DNA of 64,000 bases from the NCBI GenBank assembly GCA_964016885.1, contig OZ024762.1, positions 5,642,001 through 5,706,000 of the forward strand, written 5' to 3'. This DNA is from Eledone cirrhosa. Lineage: Eukaryota. Under the pieces are notes generated by a model. The model did no database searches and had not been told where the DNA came from. It saw only the letters and a program-made list of their open reading frames with translations. The first letter of the stretch is position 1. Each line of letters begins with the position of its first letter. Shown piece by piece: positions 63,761 to 64,000 of this stretch. Made by a program: the position numbers and the translations under genes.

Positions 63761-64000
63761 AATAAATAAATAAATAAAAAATTATATCCACTACTGAAGT
63801 TGATTTAATTGACTTTCACTCTCCTTCAAATTGCTGGCCTTGTGCCTAACTTAGAAATCATTATTAAGCTGGTGTTTGGAACAAAACTTAACAAAAGTTC
63901 CTATATAGAATTATGATAGAATCATCATCATTATCACCATTTAATGTCTATTTTTTCACACTTGCATGGATTAGATGGGTCGTCCACATTATTTGCTATA

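Overview
This is AT-rich, microsatellite-saturated eukaryotic genomic DNA. The repeat landscape (tRNA-derived SINEs, RTE LINEs with (GAT)n tails, dense (TA)n/(CA)n/(GGT)n) suggests an octopod cephalopod, but that is an inference. Only one convincing host exon is present: a minus-strand 146-bp transmembrane-domain exon at 1616-1761, so most of the window is probably intron or upstream sequence. Almost all ORF-track entries are microsatellite artefacts or decayed transposon fragments (RTE, CR1, CRE, Tx1/L1-like, Neptune-type Penelope-like GIY-YIG). The standout signal is a multi-family system of Penelope-like element (PLE) termini embedded in (TA)n tracts. There are over a dozen fold-back palindromes and about eight minimal type I hammerhead ribozymes with recognisable cores, plus decayed ones. 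Several lie on both arms of a palindrome and some have a very long stem II. A shared YGAGTNCT motif (mostly TTGAGTRCT) lies about 25-65 nt before the (TA)n junction in otherwise unrelated families. One locus (32996-34532, minus) links a GIY-YIG ORF remnant, a hammerhead, the motif and (TA)n in a single element. All calls were made by eye; repeat boundaries are approximate.
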